DNA from: Mustelus asterias
Taxonomy: Eukaryota
Length of the DNA: 64,000 nt
Direction: 5' to 3'
NCBI RefSeq assembly: GCF_964213995.1
Contig: NC_135819.1
Span: 61,566,001 to 61,630,000, forward strand
A model generated the notes under the pieces. That model was given only the letters and a program-made list of their open reading frames with translations, was not told the origin of the DNA and made no database searches. How positions within the stretch are numbered: position 1 is the stretch's first letter; every line of letters begins with the position of its first letter. Both the position numbers and the translations under genes were made by a program. Below, one piece after another: positions 1 through 13,399 of this stretch.

Positions 1-98
1 CAAGCAGTACAGTGTAACAGCGAGAGTTACTTGAGTAACAGAGTGAGGGATAGCACAAGCAGCACTGTGTAACAGGGTGTAAGATTCTCTGCACTCAC

Positions 99-267
99 CA
101 TTTTTCTTTCCCTGGAGAAGCCGATGAATGAAGCTGGTGAACCAGGGGCTGTGCTTGTGGTCACCAAGGGCAGCAAACCACATCTGCCAATCGAGTCTGG
201 GCTGGTGTGGGGCCACCAGAGGGGGGGCCACGCTGAGGTTCCCTGGCTTGTACATGAATTCAATTTC
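99..267 (-). CDS. LMF2: LMF2 exon 11
   Basis: [10 protein letters not shown]...[16 protein letters not shown]...; ttctcag/gtgag. Confidence 0.93.
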
Positions 268-3200
268 CTGAGAAAAGGAAAAGTTCCGGAATATGGGATC
301 AGACACAAAAGAAGGTGCAGAGTGCAGGGCCCCAGGGGACAATACCACACTTACCGTGCAAGTATTGGGAGCAGCAGGGGAAGGGAAAGCAAGTGGATCA
401 CCCCACTCACATGCCGAAGATTTGGGAGCTGCGCCCACTTGTACGGTGTAAATTGGTGGGGCTGTGCTCTACATGTAGGGCAAGGATTGAGGAGGGTCAT
501 CCCCATTCATTGTGAGGATTGAGGGGGGCTGTACCCCTCTCTCTGGGCAAGGATCTATGGGGTCTATATCACATTTGAAGGGCAAGGATTGACGGCTGTA
601 CCCCACTCAAGGCAACAATTGAGGGAAGCCATGCCCCACTCAGGTCAAGGAATGAAAGGGGTGTTGGGGGGTGGGTGGTGGTGGGGGAAAGAGATAGAGA
701 GAGGGGGTGAAGCCAAGCTCAGGGCGAGATTGGTCGAGTTGGGTGCTGGGTCACAGCACGACTTTCTAATGACTTCTCGCACTAAACTGAAATCTGTCCT
801 GCCACAAGCAGTACAGATAATTCCCTCCTTCTGCACTGTGCATGAATCCTACCGTCCACCTCTGGCCATCATAGCTTCCTTCCACCACAACCTCTGGACG
901 ACCTCCAACTCCTGTCATTCGCCGGAACAGCCCGTAGGAGTTGACCAGTTGATAACGATCAACCAGATCATACATTTGCCGTACCTCAGGCCTCAAGTTG
1001 GAGCTGGCCTCATACTCGATGAAGGTGTACGGAACCTGGAAGAAGGCAGGAAGTTAGACCATTCAGCTCCCTGAATTCTGAGATGTGTGGCGGGGGGGGG
1101 GGGGGGGGGGGGGGAGACACAACAAAGTAAAGCTGGGTCAGGGAGGGGCTTCTTTATCTGTGGCTCTGCTGGTCATGACATTAAGCGTATACACAAATAT
1201 TTTTAAAAAATACAATGAGTGTTTCTTCCACCCATAACTCTTTCAGGTAGAGTGCCAGATCTCTACCACAGTCTAGGTGAAAAAATTTCTCAACTCCCGT
1301 TAGGAAGAAAGCCAAGAAGCCATACAGAGTCAATCGTTGACATCTATGTTCCCTGCTCACTGCTAAGGGAAGTAAATGCTTTGTGTCCCATTCAGTTTAG
1401 GTCCCTCAATTTTATACAACTCAATTAAATCCCTCTCGCCCACCTCATCCTCCTATGTCCCAAAGAAAACAATCACAGTCTATTCAATCTTTCCTCTTAG
1501 CTAAAATGTTCCAATCCTGACAACATCGTTGTAAATCTCCTCCATCCCCTCGAGTGCGATCATATCTTTCCTATAATGTGGCAGAATCCTAGCTGTGGCA
1601 TAACAGGAGAGCTGTCGTGTTGACTTTAATTTCACAGAGATTTGCAAATCATCAGTAAATTGTGAGGCCGTGGGATGGTTTGGGTCCCATAAATTGACCC
1701 CTTGAGTATTCACCAGCTTCTCTTTAAACATTTCCAGTCTCTCTCACTCTTTGGCGGGATTTTACAGCCTCCCTCGGGCAAGATCGTAAAATCCCGCCCG
1801 AGGCCAATGGAGATTTCCATTCTGGGAACCTCGCCCGCCCCAATGGTAGGCTTTCGGCCTTTGGGTCATCCTTTCCACATTCACCATCACCTATGAAGGA
1901 GCTGAGTCTAACCTGTGCCTGAACCAGTCACTGCTTCTGGAGTTTCTTTTAACTTTGAGCACGTTATCTGGGTTCGTCCATTCCCTTCAGACTCTCAATT
2001 GGATAAACCAATCTTCTCAATTTCACCTCTCAGTAGCCAATGCCAGTCTGCCACCCTCTCTCCGAGCAACCAGTCCTATTTAGTCACCTGCCCTCTGAGC
2101 AACCAAATCATGACTCGTCACCCACTCGAGAATAACCAATCCCAGCTCTTCACCTTATCAAGAGTAAGCTAGGTCAATAACACGGCAAGGACAGTAGGTG
2201 TGTTGAAGCCCAGGCATGTTCTGGGAAACTAACCTTCAATAATTTAGGGCTGTTTTTAAACAGCTGCGGCTCTGCTGGTAGCACTGTCATCTCTGAAGTT
2301 TGTGGATTTGAGCTGCACTCCAGGGATTTCAGTTCGAAAATCTAGGCCACCACTGTGGAGTGGTGGAGGGAATGCTGCACTGTAGGAGGTGCTACTACAT
2401 AGATGAGACAGTAAACCGAGATCCTCTCTGCTCTCTCAGGTAGACATAAAAGATTCCATAGTACTGAAGAGGAGCCTGTGAGTTATCCCCACAGCCTGGC
2501 CAATATTTATCCTTCATTCAACATCAAAAAATAAATCATCGGATCATTTATCTTACTGTTTGTAGGATCTTGGCTGCGCTGTTCCCTAACAGTGATTATG
2601 CTTCAAAAGTACTTCATTGGCTGTTAAGCACTTTGGGATGTCTTGAGGTGGTGAAAGGCACTATATAAATGCAGTCTTTTATTCTTTAACTGAGACCCAA
2701 AAGTTATGAGGGGAAGTCCCATCTCTACCCAGCAGCTCTCACTCACCAGACTAACAGCAAACATTGCAGCAGCAGCAGCAGCAAATACGGCCCATTGGGT
2801 GGTAGCCCAGAGCTTGGAGATAAAGCCCCTCACCATCAGGGAGCTGTGAGAGAGAAACAGTCAGTGATAATCCAGGGGGCAATGGGACAGTGCAACTGGG
2901 GGACTCATGGGTACAGAATCAAGCAAACGGGGGTTGGATTTGGGTAACTGTAAATTGGACGCACAACAAGTAAACCAGGAATGAGAATAAATAAACTAGT
3001 TGGGGCTGGGGAAGGGCAGGAACTATGTTCTCTTCCAATCTTTCTTTGTTGTGCGCACTGATTGAAGTGGAACAGGGTGATCTGGCCCATATTTATCCCT
3101 CAAACAACACCACCAAAAACAGGTTATCTGCTCATTTATTTTATTGCTGTTTGTGGGAGCTTGCAGTTCGCAAAGTGACTGACACACTTCCCACACTACA

Positions 3201-6200
3201 GGGAAACCCTCATTGGTGACCTGTTAGCTCAATTGGCTAGATGGCTAGTTCTTCATTGAGTGCCAACCATGGGTTCAATTCCCATTCTGGCTGAGGCAGA
3301 CTTGGGATCTGCCTCCTCACCATGTTCCTTTGAGTGGAAGGTAATGGAAAAATACCACAAAACAAAAATTACCAAGAGAAATGGCTCAGGATGAAGCATC
3401 AGTGGACAATCAACTGAAGTCCTGCCTTCAGGCAGGGCACATATAAAGGAAAGGAGAACCATTATACCTCCTCAGAGACGCACCTGAGCAGCGATCCAAG
3501 TATTTCCCAGCTGAGAGACAGCACCCCGATCCAGATAGTGAATGGAGTCACGATCTTCAGCCACCGTGTAAACTCATGGAAAGTGAAGACTAAAAACCAA
3601 GCAAAGAGTGTGGTTAGAGAGCTTGTGCTGTATCTGCCTGAGGAGTATTTGAGGGGACAGTGTAGAGGGAGATTTACTCTATCTAATCTGTTTTACCTAA
3701 AAATGGGAATTATTGCACATCATGACTTCCAAAAGTTAAAAAGAAAATTGTCCTAATTACGTCAGATGTCAAAATTGTCTTTCCACTTGCTCCTCTCTTC
3801 CCACAGCGCTGTCCACAATACTCTTTTGGTACCTCAGCCATGCCCCATGCCTCCACAAGAGGATTTCCTTCATTTGCTCCATCATTCCTACCTTTCCTTT
3901 GACAACCCTTTTACTATTTATGTGCATCACTGTACCACTCTCCAGCACCAAGATAAGGAACATGCAAATATATTGTTATAGGAGAGACAAATGCAACAAC
4001 AGCTTGTAAATGCAAGGGATGTTAGTAACAAAACATGTGGATTGCTGGAGAATGATGTCTGAAGAGCTGAGCCTGCTGGTTTAAGATGGATTAAGAGACA
4101 GGAAAAGGATCTGAAGCTTTATTGCTCATACCTATTTTTGACTCTATCATCCTTTTCTCCCAGTTGATACTTAGTCCGAAGTAGTGAATTGTCCCATAGA
4201 CGAGTGTTACAAAAACTGCCAGCTCAGTGAGGCTAATGATCAGGGCTTGTAGTGTCCGCAACCAACCTGGGCCAATAGAGAAAAGAAGAAATGGTAAAGT
4301 CACAAATGTTAGAGTCCAATCACCTTCTCTCTGGACACCTATCACAGTTACCTGACCCCCAGACACACATATCACAGGTATCCAACCCTGGACATGTCAT
4401 CAGTCACAGGTACCTAACCCCGGACAAATCAGCAATCACAGGTATTTAACCTGTCAGTTAGGCGGCCCCGAGTCACCAACCGTCACAGGTACCTATCCCC
4501 CGACTCACCACCTGTCACAGTTACCCAACCTCCAGACAACAGTCACCGGTCCCCAACCCTTGACATATCACCAATCACAGGTACCTAACTCCCGACACGC
4601 CACCTGTCACAGTTACCCAACCCCTGGACACACCAAAAGTCAAACCTGACTCCCCGGGCACACCAGCAGTCACAGGTACCCAACCCTGGACATGCCAGCA
4701 GTGTCAAATACCATGCCATCTGTCACAGTGTGACACACGCACACACACACTTGTTTGATACTCACTTGCAGGGTTTTGCTTCTTGCTTTGCCTGAAGCCA
4801 TAGTGAAAATGCTGATCATCCAGTAGTGAGAACGCCAGGACAATGCTGAGCAGATTGAAGAAATTATAGTTACCGGTGATGATAATCAATGCCTGGAGCA
4901 GAACCTGTAGAGCCAAAGAAAATTTAATCAGAGAAAGACAAAAATGCAGAAAGGCTGTGAGCATAAGAGAGGGGGAGAGCCAAGATCCTTCCCACATACA
5001 TGGGAACCTGGCAGTCTGCAAGGCTGATGTCAACCAGCAAATGTCACCCTCCTCCGGGTACATACTTGCTTCTCCCAAACCCACATACCAACTCCCCCCC
5101 CCCCCCTTTGCAATCTTCACTACCACCTTAGTTGCGGATATAAATAAAGTATTCTCAACACTCAGACAGCAAAGGTCTTGGGTGCCTTGTTTTACTCCCT
5201 ATTTTGTCCACCCCATCCTTTGACTGTCTATGTCTTGGTTATCTGCAGAGTGCAGACTTACCTGAGTGTAAAATGCAAACAGCCTGAGGCGACGGGTTGG
5301 AGCAAAGAACAACAGAGGAACCACAATCTCCAGTACAAACACAATAGCAACGCTGAGCTTGTGAAGCCAAGATGGGAGCTGGTGTGCAAACCAGGAAGCA
5401 GCAGTGGGGATGCACTGAGTCTCGTAGTGATAAGTCAGAGCTGTAGAGAAATCAGATATCAAAATTTAGTGAGTTCTGATGAAAGGTCATAAAACGTTAA
5501 CTTTCTTCTTCTCTCCGCAGACTCTGTTAGCCCTGCTGAATATTTCCAGCATTTTCTGTATTAGTTTCAGATTTCCAGTATTCCTTTTGTACAATGTTTG
5601 CACAGAACACTGTCCCAGGCTCGCCATCACCAACCCGCCTGTAAGTAAGACGTAACCTATAATCAGGAAGTTTATGGTTACTGTCCACTCTATAGTGCAA
5701 CAATAGTGAATAAAATCTCGTGCAATGTAACTTGGCCACTAATCTCCCGGGTGCATATCTCTGATCTTCTGGAAGATCAACTGCAAATACTTGCGTGAAC
5801 AGTTTGCATGGAAACCAAGAATCTGGTTCATTTTATGCACAATACTCAGTCTTCTATAAAACTCATCTCCAATCTCTACTGCTTCTGGCAACGCTAAAAA
5901 TAACAAACGGCAAAAACATTACCAGACCCAGGATAAGTTTCACTTTTATTAGTCAATCTTTCGTTAGCTAGTTGCTAGAAGAAGATTGAAGTGCTGCACC
6001 TACTCAGAGGAGAGTGGGGATTGTGCAACTGGTTGTGGATGGGGTCGGGGTTGGTATACATATGACTGCAGTAACCGTTTCTCACCTGTCAGCCCCCACC
6101 ATGTGGGGCATCGGCTGGTCAGTTTCACCACACCTGAGGCAAACATCAACCTGAAGAACAGCCAGCGGACCAGCCAGAAGGTGATGCCATCATGGTGTCG

Positions 6201-9200
6201 GGGAGGGGCTGCCCGCCATTTCTGCAAGTGTAGTGGTGCAACCAGGATTGCAAGAAATCCAGTCTCCAGTAACAAACTGTCCCTGCAGAATTAGTGAAGT
6301 ACTCATTACTCACTCCTCACACACTGCTCTTTCCACACATTGATTACCCCCTTGGACGCTGCCCTCTGCTTACCCCTCACACACTGTTCAACCCTTCACA
6401 ATGTTTATCCCTTGCTTACTTCTCACAAACTGTTCACCCCTTCACTGTTCATCCCTGCTTACCCCTCACATAGTTCACCCCTTCACAAGCTGCTCCCTAC
6501 TTACATACTGTCCCCTGCTTACCCCTCACACACTGTGGGCAGCATGGTGGCATAATGGTTAGCACTGCTGCCTCTCAGCGTCAAGGGCCCAGGCTCAATT
6601 CCTGGCTTGGGTCACTGTCGGTGCGGAGTCTGCACATTCTCCCCGTGTCTGTGTGGGTTTCCTCCGGGTGCTCCAGTTTCATCCCACAGTCTGAAAGACG
6701 TGCTGGTTAGGTGCATTGGCCATGCTAAATTCTCCCTCAGTGTACCTGAACAGGTGCTGGAGTGTGGCGACTATGGTATTTTCACAGTAACTATATTAGT
6801 GTTAATGTAAGCCTACTTGTGACACTAATAAATAAACTTTAAAAGTTTAACTTTAAAATTGTTCAACCCTTCACAGTTTACCCCCTGCTTACTCCTCACA
6901 CACTGTTCACCCTTCACGTGCTGCCCCTTGCTTACTCTCCTCACATACCACCCCCTGCTCACCCCTCATACACTGTTCCTGCATGCCCCTTGCATTCTGC
7001 TCACTCCGCACACACTGCCTGTCACCAATACCCTTGCAAACATTCTGGGGGAGGATAATGGGGGATGAGACAGACTCACCACTGGAAGTACAGGAAGACT
7101 TGTCCAACCTGGAGGAAATAAAACATGAATCGTTAACACTCATCCAGAGAAACCACCTACCCAGTGCTCAGCTCCCCCCCGCCCCCCCCCATTCCCACCA
7201 GAAAGCAGCTCCCACTGCATACAGCATGTACTCCCTCTACCTGGGTATTCTGCTCTTGCTGTTGTGGGTTTTGCTGTCACCTCACCTCAGGATCCAGGCT
7301 GAAATCCCAAAAAACATCACCGGCCCCTAATCTGAACTACTTTATGTACTCCGCTTCTCCACCGTTCCACAAACCAGATGTAGTGACTTCTGACCCAGGG
7401 TTGAACTGCATCACCCCCGACCTTTGGAACTCACAACATACACATGTATCATGTGAGAAAGGCACACACACTCAGATGGGAAAGACACATATATGCACCC
7501 ACCTGATATAGAGACAGGTAGAGGAACCAGAGACATGCGAAGATGAAACAATCTCGGAGAGGCTTTGCCACCAGTGCGATGATCGACAGGCCAACTCCCA
7601 ACAAGCAGATGAGCTCCATGCCCTGCTCAGTGTCAAGCCCCAGCCAGGGACATAACCACAGTAACGTTGGAGACTCTGTCAGCTGGTCCAGCAGTGGCTT
7701 TCCTGTGAAGGGCAGCATCCTGCGGACTGGCAGAATTCCTTCCTTTCCATACAGTCCTGTCAGAAAAGTGAAAGGTCACAAGAGCAGTAACAATAGAAAC
7801 ATAGCAAGTTTACAACATCTGAGCCATTCGACCCATTGTAGCTGCGCCTGCTGAATGAGTTTTCCAATCTACCACTTTCTGGCTCTTGGTCAGCAACTCT
7901 GTAATTAACACCACTTCAAATGCATATCCCTTTTTTTAATTTAAGTGCAACAAGGGGATCTTCCTCTTTGATCCTTTTGGGCAATAGTTCCAGATCTCCA
8001 ACACCCTCTGGCTCAAAGAATGTTTCAACTCCTCCCACCAGTTACTTTAAATTGAAGCTCCCTGGTTATGGTTCCACTGCTATGGAAAATCCTATCCACT
8101 CTATCTAAATCCTCATAATTTTATGTACATCAATTAAATCTCTCCTCAGCCTCCTTTATCTAAAGGAAAACTAACTCAACACAGATAACATTTTCCATTC
8201 CTGGCAATATCCTTGCAAATCACCTCTGTATCCTCTCCAGTGCAATCACTTCCTTCCTGCAAGGCGGCGACCAGAACTGTGCGTGGTACTCTTGCTTCGG
8301 TTTAACTCGTGTTTTACACTGTTCTAGCATACCATCCCTAATGAAGGAAAAGTATCCCAAATGGCTTCTTAACCATCTTTTATACCTGCCCTGGTACCTT
8401 CAGAGATCTGTGGCCAGGGGTTTAGTATTCTTAGTAACCGACCATTTATTGTATTCCCTTGCCTTGTTAGCCTTCCCCAAATGCATTACCTCACACTTGA
8501 TCAGACTGAATTGCACCTGCCACTTTTTGATTTGTCACATGTATTGGTATACGATGTAAAGCATTGTTTCTTGCGCGCTACACAGACAAAGCATATCATA
8601 CATAGAGTACATTGGGAAAAAGGAAAGGAGAGGGTGCAGAATATAGTGATACAGTCATAGCTTGGGTGTAGAGAAAGATCAACTTAATATAAAGTAGGTC
8701 CATTCAAAATCTGGTGGCAGCAGGGAAAAAGCTGTTCTTGCGTCAGTTGGTACATGATCTGACTTTTCTACCCACCTGACCAATTCACTGATATATTCCT
8801 GCAATCTACAGCTTACTATTAACAGAGGTAGGTTTTGCTCAGTTGGCTAGACAACTGGTTAGTGATGCAGAGCGATATCAATAGCACGGGTTCAATTCCT
8901 GTACCGGCTGAGGTTATTTATAAAGCCCCACCGTCTCAACCTTGCCCCTCCTCGCCTGAGGTGTGGTGACCCTCAGCCTATGGTCACCTGGGACTATGGC
9001 GACTTTACATTTACTATTAACAATATGATCAGTCTTTGTATCAGCTGCAAACATTTTTATCATCCTCCCCACATTTAAGTCTAAACCATTGATATATAAC
9101 ACAAAAAGCAAGCAATTTAGCACTCCCAGCTGGGAGTGGCTTCCAGTCACAAAAGCAACAATGATCATAATAAAAATAGAAAATGCTGGATAAACCCAAC

Positions 9201-11904
9201 AGATCTGGCAGCATCTTTGGAGAGAGAAACATAGTTAATATTTCAAGTCCATATGACTCTTCTTCAGAACTCATTACCCTTTGCTTCCAACCCTGAGCCA
9301 ATTTTGAATCCAACTTGCCACTTAGATCACATGGGTTTTTACTTTCTGGCCAATCTGTGTATGGAAACTTGGCAAAAGCCTTGCCAAAATTCACTAGTTG
9401 AGCTACTTTCATCAACTCCCCTTCTCTTAACATATCTCTGCTGATTGTCCTTGATTAATCTGTGCCTTTCTTGATGATTATTTATACTGTCCCTCAGAAT
9501 TTTTTCTAATAATTTGCCCAACACTGAGCTCAAGTTGACCAGACTTCATTAATTCCTTTCTCCACTTTTAAACCAATGGTACAACCGTGGCAATCCTCTC
9601 ATCCTTTGCCACCATACTTGTAGCCAGAGAAGATTGAAAAAAATGGCCAGAGCCACTGCTATTTCCTCAACAGCTTATTTTAGCAGCCGAGGGTAAATTT
9701 CATCTGGGCCTAGTGATTTACTAACTTTCAAAGATGCTAAGCCTCGTAATATTTCTTCTTCTACTATGTTTATCCCATCCAATATTTCATACTTCTCCTC
9801 AACCGCAATATTTGCATCACTTTTCTTTGTGAAGTCTAATGCAAAGTATTAATTGAGAACCATGTCCTTTTCTGCCTCCACACACAATGGCAGGATTTAC
9901 TGTGTAACCCGCCATGTGTCCACAACAGTGGGAAGTGGCCTGCCATTGGATGGCGGCGGGATCTTCTGGTCCCACAGTTGTCAATGGGGTTTCCCGCTGA
10001 ATGCACCCCTCACTGCCATGAAACCCAGCAGTGGGACCAGAAGATCCCACTGGTGGGAACTGCTGGAAAGTTCCAGCCAATGTCTTTTTTGGTCTCTAAT
10101 ATGTCTTATTCTTTTAACGATCTTCTTTCTGCATTTACAAAATAGCATTGGCTTTTTTCCAATTTTATTTGCCAATATTTCTTCATGCTGTCTCTTTGCT
10201 TTTTAAATTTCCTTACTAAGTTCACCGCTGCATTTTCTATATTTCCCTAGGCTGTGTTATTGAGCTCTTGATACCGGACACAAACTTTATTTTTGCATTA
10301 TCCTACCCTGTATGCACTTTGACAGGGCAATCTAGATTTGGGAGTGAGCATATTTGTTCTAAACCCTCTCTATCGTCTCCTTGAATGCAGATCACTGCTC
10401 TTTCTTCGATTAACTATTTATGAACTTCTGTCAAATCACATTAATAAAACTGGCCTCAGAATAAGATCATTCCTGGAATTTCTGTGACGTGACAAAAAAG
10501 AGCGTGAGATAGGGGAGAGCAAAAGAAAAGAAAATTGTTACTTAAAGGTTCTTGTTGTGCATTGCCATGTTTCCTTCACAATGTTTCAAAAAAAAAGGCC
10601 AGGTTCAATTCCTGGCTTGGGTCATTGTCTGTGTGAAGTTTGCATGTTCTCCCCGTGTCTGCGTGGGTTTCCTCCGGGTGCTCCGGTTTCCTCCCACAGC
10701 CCAAAGATGTGCAGGTTAGGTTGATTGGCTATGCTAAATCGACCCTAGTGTCAGGGGATTAATAGGGTGAATGTGGGGTTACGAGGATAGGGCCTGGGTG
10801 GGATTGTGGTCAGTGCAGACTCGATGGGTCGAATGGCCTCCTTCTGCTCTGTAGGATTCTAAGTATGTCACTGACTGTAAAGTGCTTTAGGGTGTTCTGA
10901 TGATGGGAAAGGTGCACAGCCCCAACTGACAGCTTTCATCCAAAGTGTTTGCTGACAGGCTCGATCACAGCTTCTAACTTATCAGAACAGAGTCCAACCG
11001 ATCCCACGATTCAGAATATCAGTGTTCGCAGATGGTGAGAAGCGTAACATCCCCAAAGCCAACCTACTGATAGCTGATTCAAACAAACTGCCCACTCAAG
11101 ATGAAAGCTTGGAATCCCAGGCACATCAGTTAAAAACCAGGGGGATAGGAATGAAGTTGGGGGAAGGGCACAAACTTATAGAATTTACTCCTGCTGAAAA
11201 AACCCACAAAGAGGGTCACTGCACATAACCAGGGTTAAAAGGTAATTGGATGTGCTTCCCCGCAGAGATGGGACTGAGGGGTAAGGTGTAGTGTGTGGAG
11301 GGGTGGTTTAGGGACAGGGGGAGAAAGTGGGCAGAAGGGTCATCCAGATTCGAAACGTTGCCTCTATTCTCTCTCCACAGGTGCTGTCAGAGCTGCTGAG
11401 ATTTTCCAGCATTTTCTGTTTTTAAATAAAACACGAGATGGTTTTAGTTGAGTCTAATGGCCGTTTCTTAAAGATGCCATTTGTGTGCGCTTTCCACAAG
11501 TGGGAGTCTGTCACCAACATAACCAGAGTGGTTCTGTTAGATGACAAAAGTCCCCAAATCAAGGTGGCTCTTGTTCCACACCAGTTTATTAATATTCTTA
11601 TCAATCTCCCAGGCCGCCACAACACACGCTTTGTGTTATTTCAAACTAAATGATTTAACACTTTCACCCTGCTTCCCTCCCACTCATGGAGAGTCAGCCC
11701 TCTCTCTCTCTCCCTTTCTGCATGTGGCTGCTCCCTCGCCTGGTGACTACGCCCTTCCCCGACCGACCCCGAACCTTTGAGCCCGCGGAATGTCAGTTGG
11801 CCGCGCTTACCTGGGATTTGCATATAAAGTGAGGCGAAAGCACACAAGTAAATAGCGGCGACGCCGTAGAGGAAGGCACCGCGAACAGCGCCCATCTCCC
11901 CCAT
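99..11904 (-). CDS. LMF2: Lipase maturation factor 2, exons 1-11 (gene continues beyond left edge)
   Basis: Exons 11811-11904, 7503-7756, 7080-7108, 6086-6282, 5262-5440, 4766-4904, 4132-4266, 3484-3589, 2747-2843, 853-1035, 99-267; all GT-AG and phase-consistent; peptides [103 protein letters not shown] match LMF family; synteny with NCAPH2 indicates LMF2. Confidence 0.96.
853..1035 (-). CDS. LMF2: LMF2 exon 10
   Basis: VPYTFIE...[30 protein letters not shown]; ttccag/gtagg. Confidence 0.93.
1752..1800. repeat. Short palindromic MITE-like remnant
   Basis: ggcgggattttac...gtaaaatcccgcc inverted repeat. Confidence 0.5.
2270..2690 (+). mobile_element. DeuSINE/SacSINE1-like SINE
   Basis: tRNA-like head, cctggccaatatttatcc core, tail aagcactttgggatgtc...tatataaatgc; similar copy at 56745-57170. 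Confidence 0.65.
2747..2843 (-). CDS. LMF2: LMF2 exon 9
   Basis: [12 protein letters not shown]...MFAVSL; ctcacag/gtgag. Confidence 0.88.
3484..3589 (-). CDS. LMF2: LMF2 exon 8
   Basis: [29 protein letters not shown] (translated by hand, absent from ORF track); tttag/gtgcg. Confidence 0.88.
4132..4266 (-). CDS. LMF2: LMF2 exon 7
   Basis: WLRTLQ...[17 protein letters not shown]; cccag/gtatg. Confidence 0.88.
4340..4725. repeat. Degenerate ~38-bp tandem repeat in LMF2 intron 6
   Basis: Recurrent tcacaggtacctaaccccggacac units. Confidence 0.75.
4766..4904 (-). CDS. LMF2: LMF2 exon 6
   Basis: [19 protein letters not shown]...; ctacag/gtgag. Confidence 0.92.
5262..5440 (-). CDS. LMF2: LMF2 exon 5
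   Basis: [12 protein letters not shown]...FAFYTQ; ctacag/gtaag. Confidence 0.93.
6086..6282 (-). CDS. LMF2: LMF2 exon 4
   Basis: [10 protein letters not shown]...CPTWWGLT; ctgcag/gtgag. Confidence 0.93.
6537..6850 (+). mobile_element. V-SINE with alternative tail, inside a degenerate C-rich tandem repeat (6310-7020)
   Basis: tggttagcactgctgcc head, gtgggtttcctccgggtgctcc V-core, tail gtgacactaataaataaacttt. Confidence 0.8.
7080..7108 (-). CDS. LMF2: LMF2 exon 3 (29 nt)
   Basis: [10 protein letters not shown]; cag/gtgag. Confidence 0.92.
7503..7756 (-). CDS. LMF2: LMF2 exon 2
   Basis: [10 protein letters not shown]...LYLSLYQ; acceptor ctgacag, donor gtggg. Confidence 0.92.
7795..9800 (-). 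mobile_element. Decayed CR1 LINE with nested Rex1-like 3' end (~8530-8760), SINE (~8828-9010) and Penelope-like repeat (~9170-9272)
   Basis: RT remnants YINGLD...[25 protein letters not shown]. Confidence 0.7.
8828..9010 (+). mobile_element. tRNA-derived SINE with 12-bp target-site duplication
   Basis: Box A/B-like head; TSD ttactattaaca at 8813-8824 and 9011-9022; related copy at 60582-60806. Confidence 0.75.
10598..10860 (+). mobile_element. HE1-type V-SINE (5' truncated)
   Basis: V-core and CR1-like tail gatgggtcgaatggcctccttctg. Confidence 0.85.
11811..11904 (-). CDS. LMF2: LMF2 exon 1 (coding part)
   Basis: [32 protein letters not shown], donor gtaag. Confidence 0.9.
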
Positions 11905-12530
11905 CCTGAGGCGGCAGGCCTGAACTCAGCCACAACCACACACTGAGGAGAGGGAGGGGGAGGGTCAATACCACCAATACAAATTGACCCACAAATAATC
12001 CACCCTGAGCCACTAATCAACACTCCAATCAAGTATATCCATCTGTTATGAAACAAAACAACCTACTCAACAACGGGCGTTAGCGTTTTTCTATTTAAAA
12101 GAAAATTCAAAATATTCCCCCATTCTGAAAATGGATTGCTCTAAACCCTCCCACGTCGCTCCTCGGTTTGGCGTCTACCATCAGGGTGGAAGGGGGAAAT
12201 AATATCTGCACATTTTTAATAGGTTTAGCGAATCAAACAGGTTATCTGAACGAAAATAAATTTCATCATAGCGCAATCTCGATATAATAGGTTCTATTCT
12301 GTGTACAATCCTCTCAAATTTCGTTTTCTCTCCTCTTTCTCTTTCCCCCCCTCCTCCTCATGGTCGGATGGTTGAGTCTATGCTGGGCATGCGCAGTCCA
12401 GGGTTGGTTCCTGAGCGGGAAAAACGAAAAATGGCGCCGGCCGCAAAATAACAGAAGCGGCGGAGACTCGGACAGCCGGACCCGGGACACTGGGAGAGTG
12501 CGGCGTAGCTGGACACGGGCTCTGGGTGGG
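11905..12530. promoter_or_regulatory. Bidirectional LMF2/NCAPH2 promoter and probable non-coding NCAPH2 exon 1 (~12410-12530)
   Basis: CpG-rich segments at both ends; NRF1-like GCATGCGCA 12387-12395; YY1-like AAAATGGCG ~12428-12436; donor GGG|gtgagt at 12531. Confidence 0.7.
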
Positions 12531-12841
12531 GTGAGTTTTGTCCTGATATCTGAGCCCTGGGAGGCCGGTTTGATTTCGCTACCCCATCTCTCCGACTCTG
12601 ATTCTATTTGTTGTTAAATATATATATATTTTTACTTCTCCCTGTTTTTTTCTCATTGCATTAATCGACAGTATTCTGGTTTTGAAGGAGGCTCAGCCAA
12701 AACTTTAACTCCTCTTCCCTCCAGCGGCGGATTGACCCACTTGTGACCATGGTCACTCACAGGATTGTCCCAATGTGATAAATCACGTAACAGAATTAGA
12801 GATGAAATTACAAGAAGACGTTCAAGGATTAGCGAAGAATA

Positions 12842-13207
12842 GGGGCGACACCCTGACACAGTGGTTAGCACTGCTGCATCACAGTAAGAAGTCTCACAAC
12901 ACCAGGTTAAAGCCCAACAGGCATCACAGTACCAGGGATCCGGGTTTTGATTCCCGGCCTCGGGTGACTGTCTGTGTGGAGTTTGGGTGTTCTCCCCGTG
13001 TCTGTGTGGGTTTCCTCTGGGTGCTCTGGTTTCCTCCCACAGTACGAAGATGTGCGGGTTAGGTGGATTGGCCATGCTAAATTGTCCCTTAGTGTCAGGG
13101 GGACCAGCTGGGTTAATGCGTGGGGTTATGGGGATAGGTGGGATTGTGGTTGGTGCAGACTCGATGGGCCAAATGGCCTCCTGCACTGTAGGATTCTATG
13201 ATTCTAA
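12842..13207 (+). mobile_element. HE1-type V-SINE with short internal insertion
   Basis: Full head, V-core and tail; insert near 12886-12920. Confidence 0.85.
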
Positions 13208-13399
13208 CATATGATAACAGGTGACAAATGCCTCTGTGCTCATATATCATACATCCATGTCAAGATACAAGACAATCACAAAATCACAAGGGAACAAAGT
13301 TCAGGATTAAAGATGAACTGTAGGATAATACAACATCCACAGAGCTTGAAAAGGCCAAAGCCATGACCGGATTGTCGAGCAACATCCAGGATCCATCCA

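Noticed and set aside
124-1074. Plus-strand ORFs of 130-160 aa
   Set aside because: Antisense to LMF2 exons and intronic repeats, with no recognisable protein features
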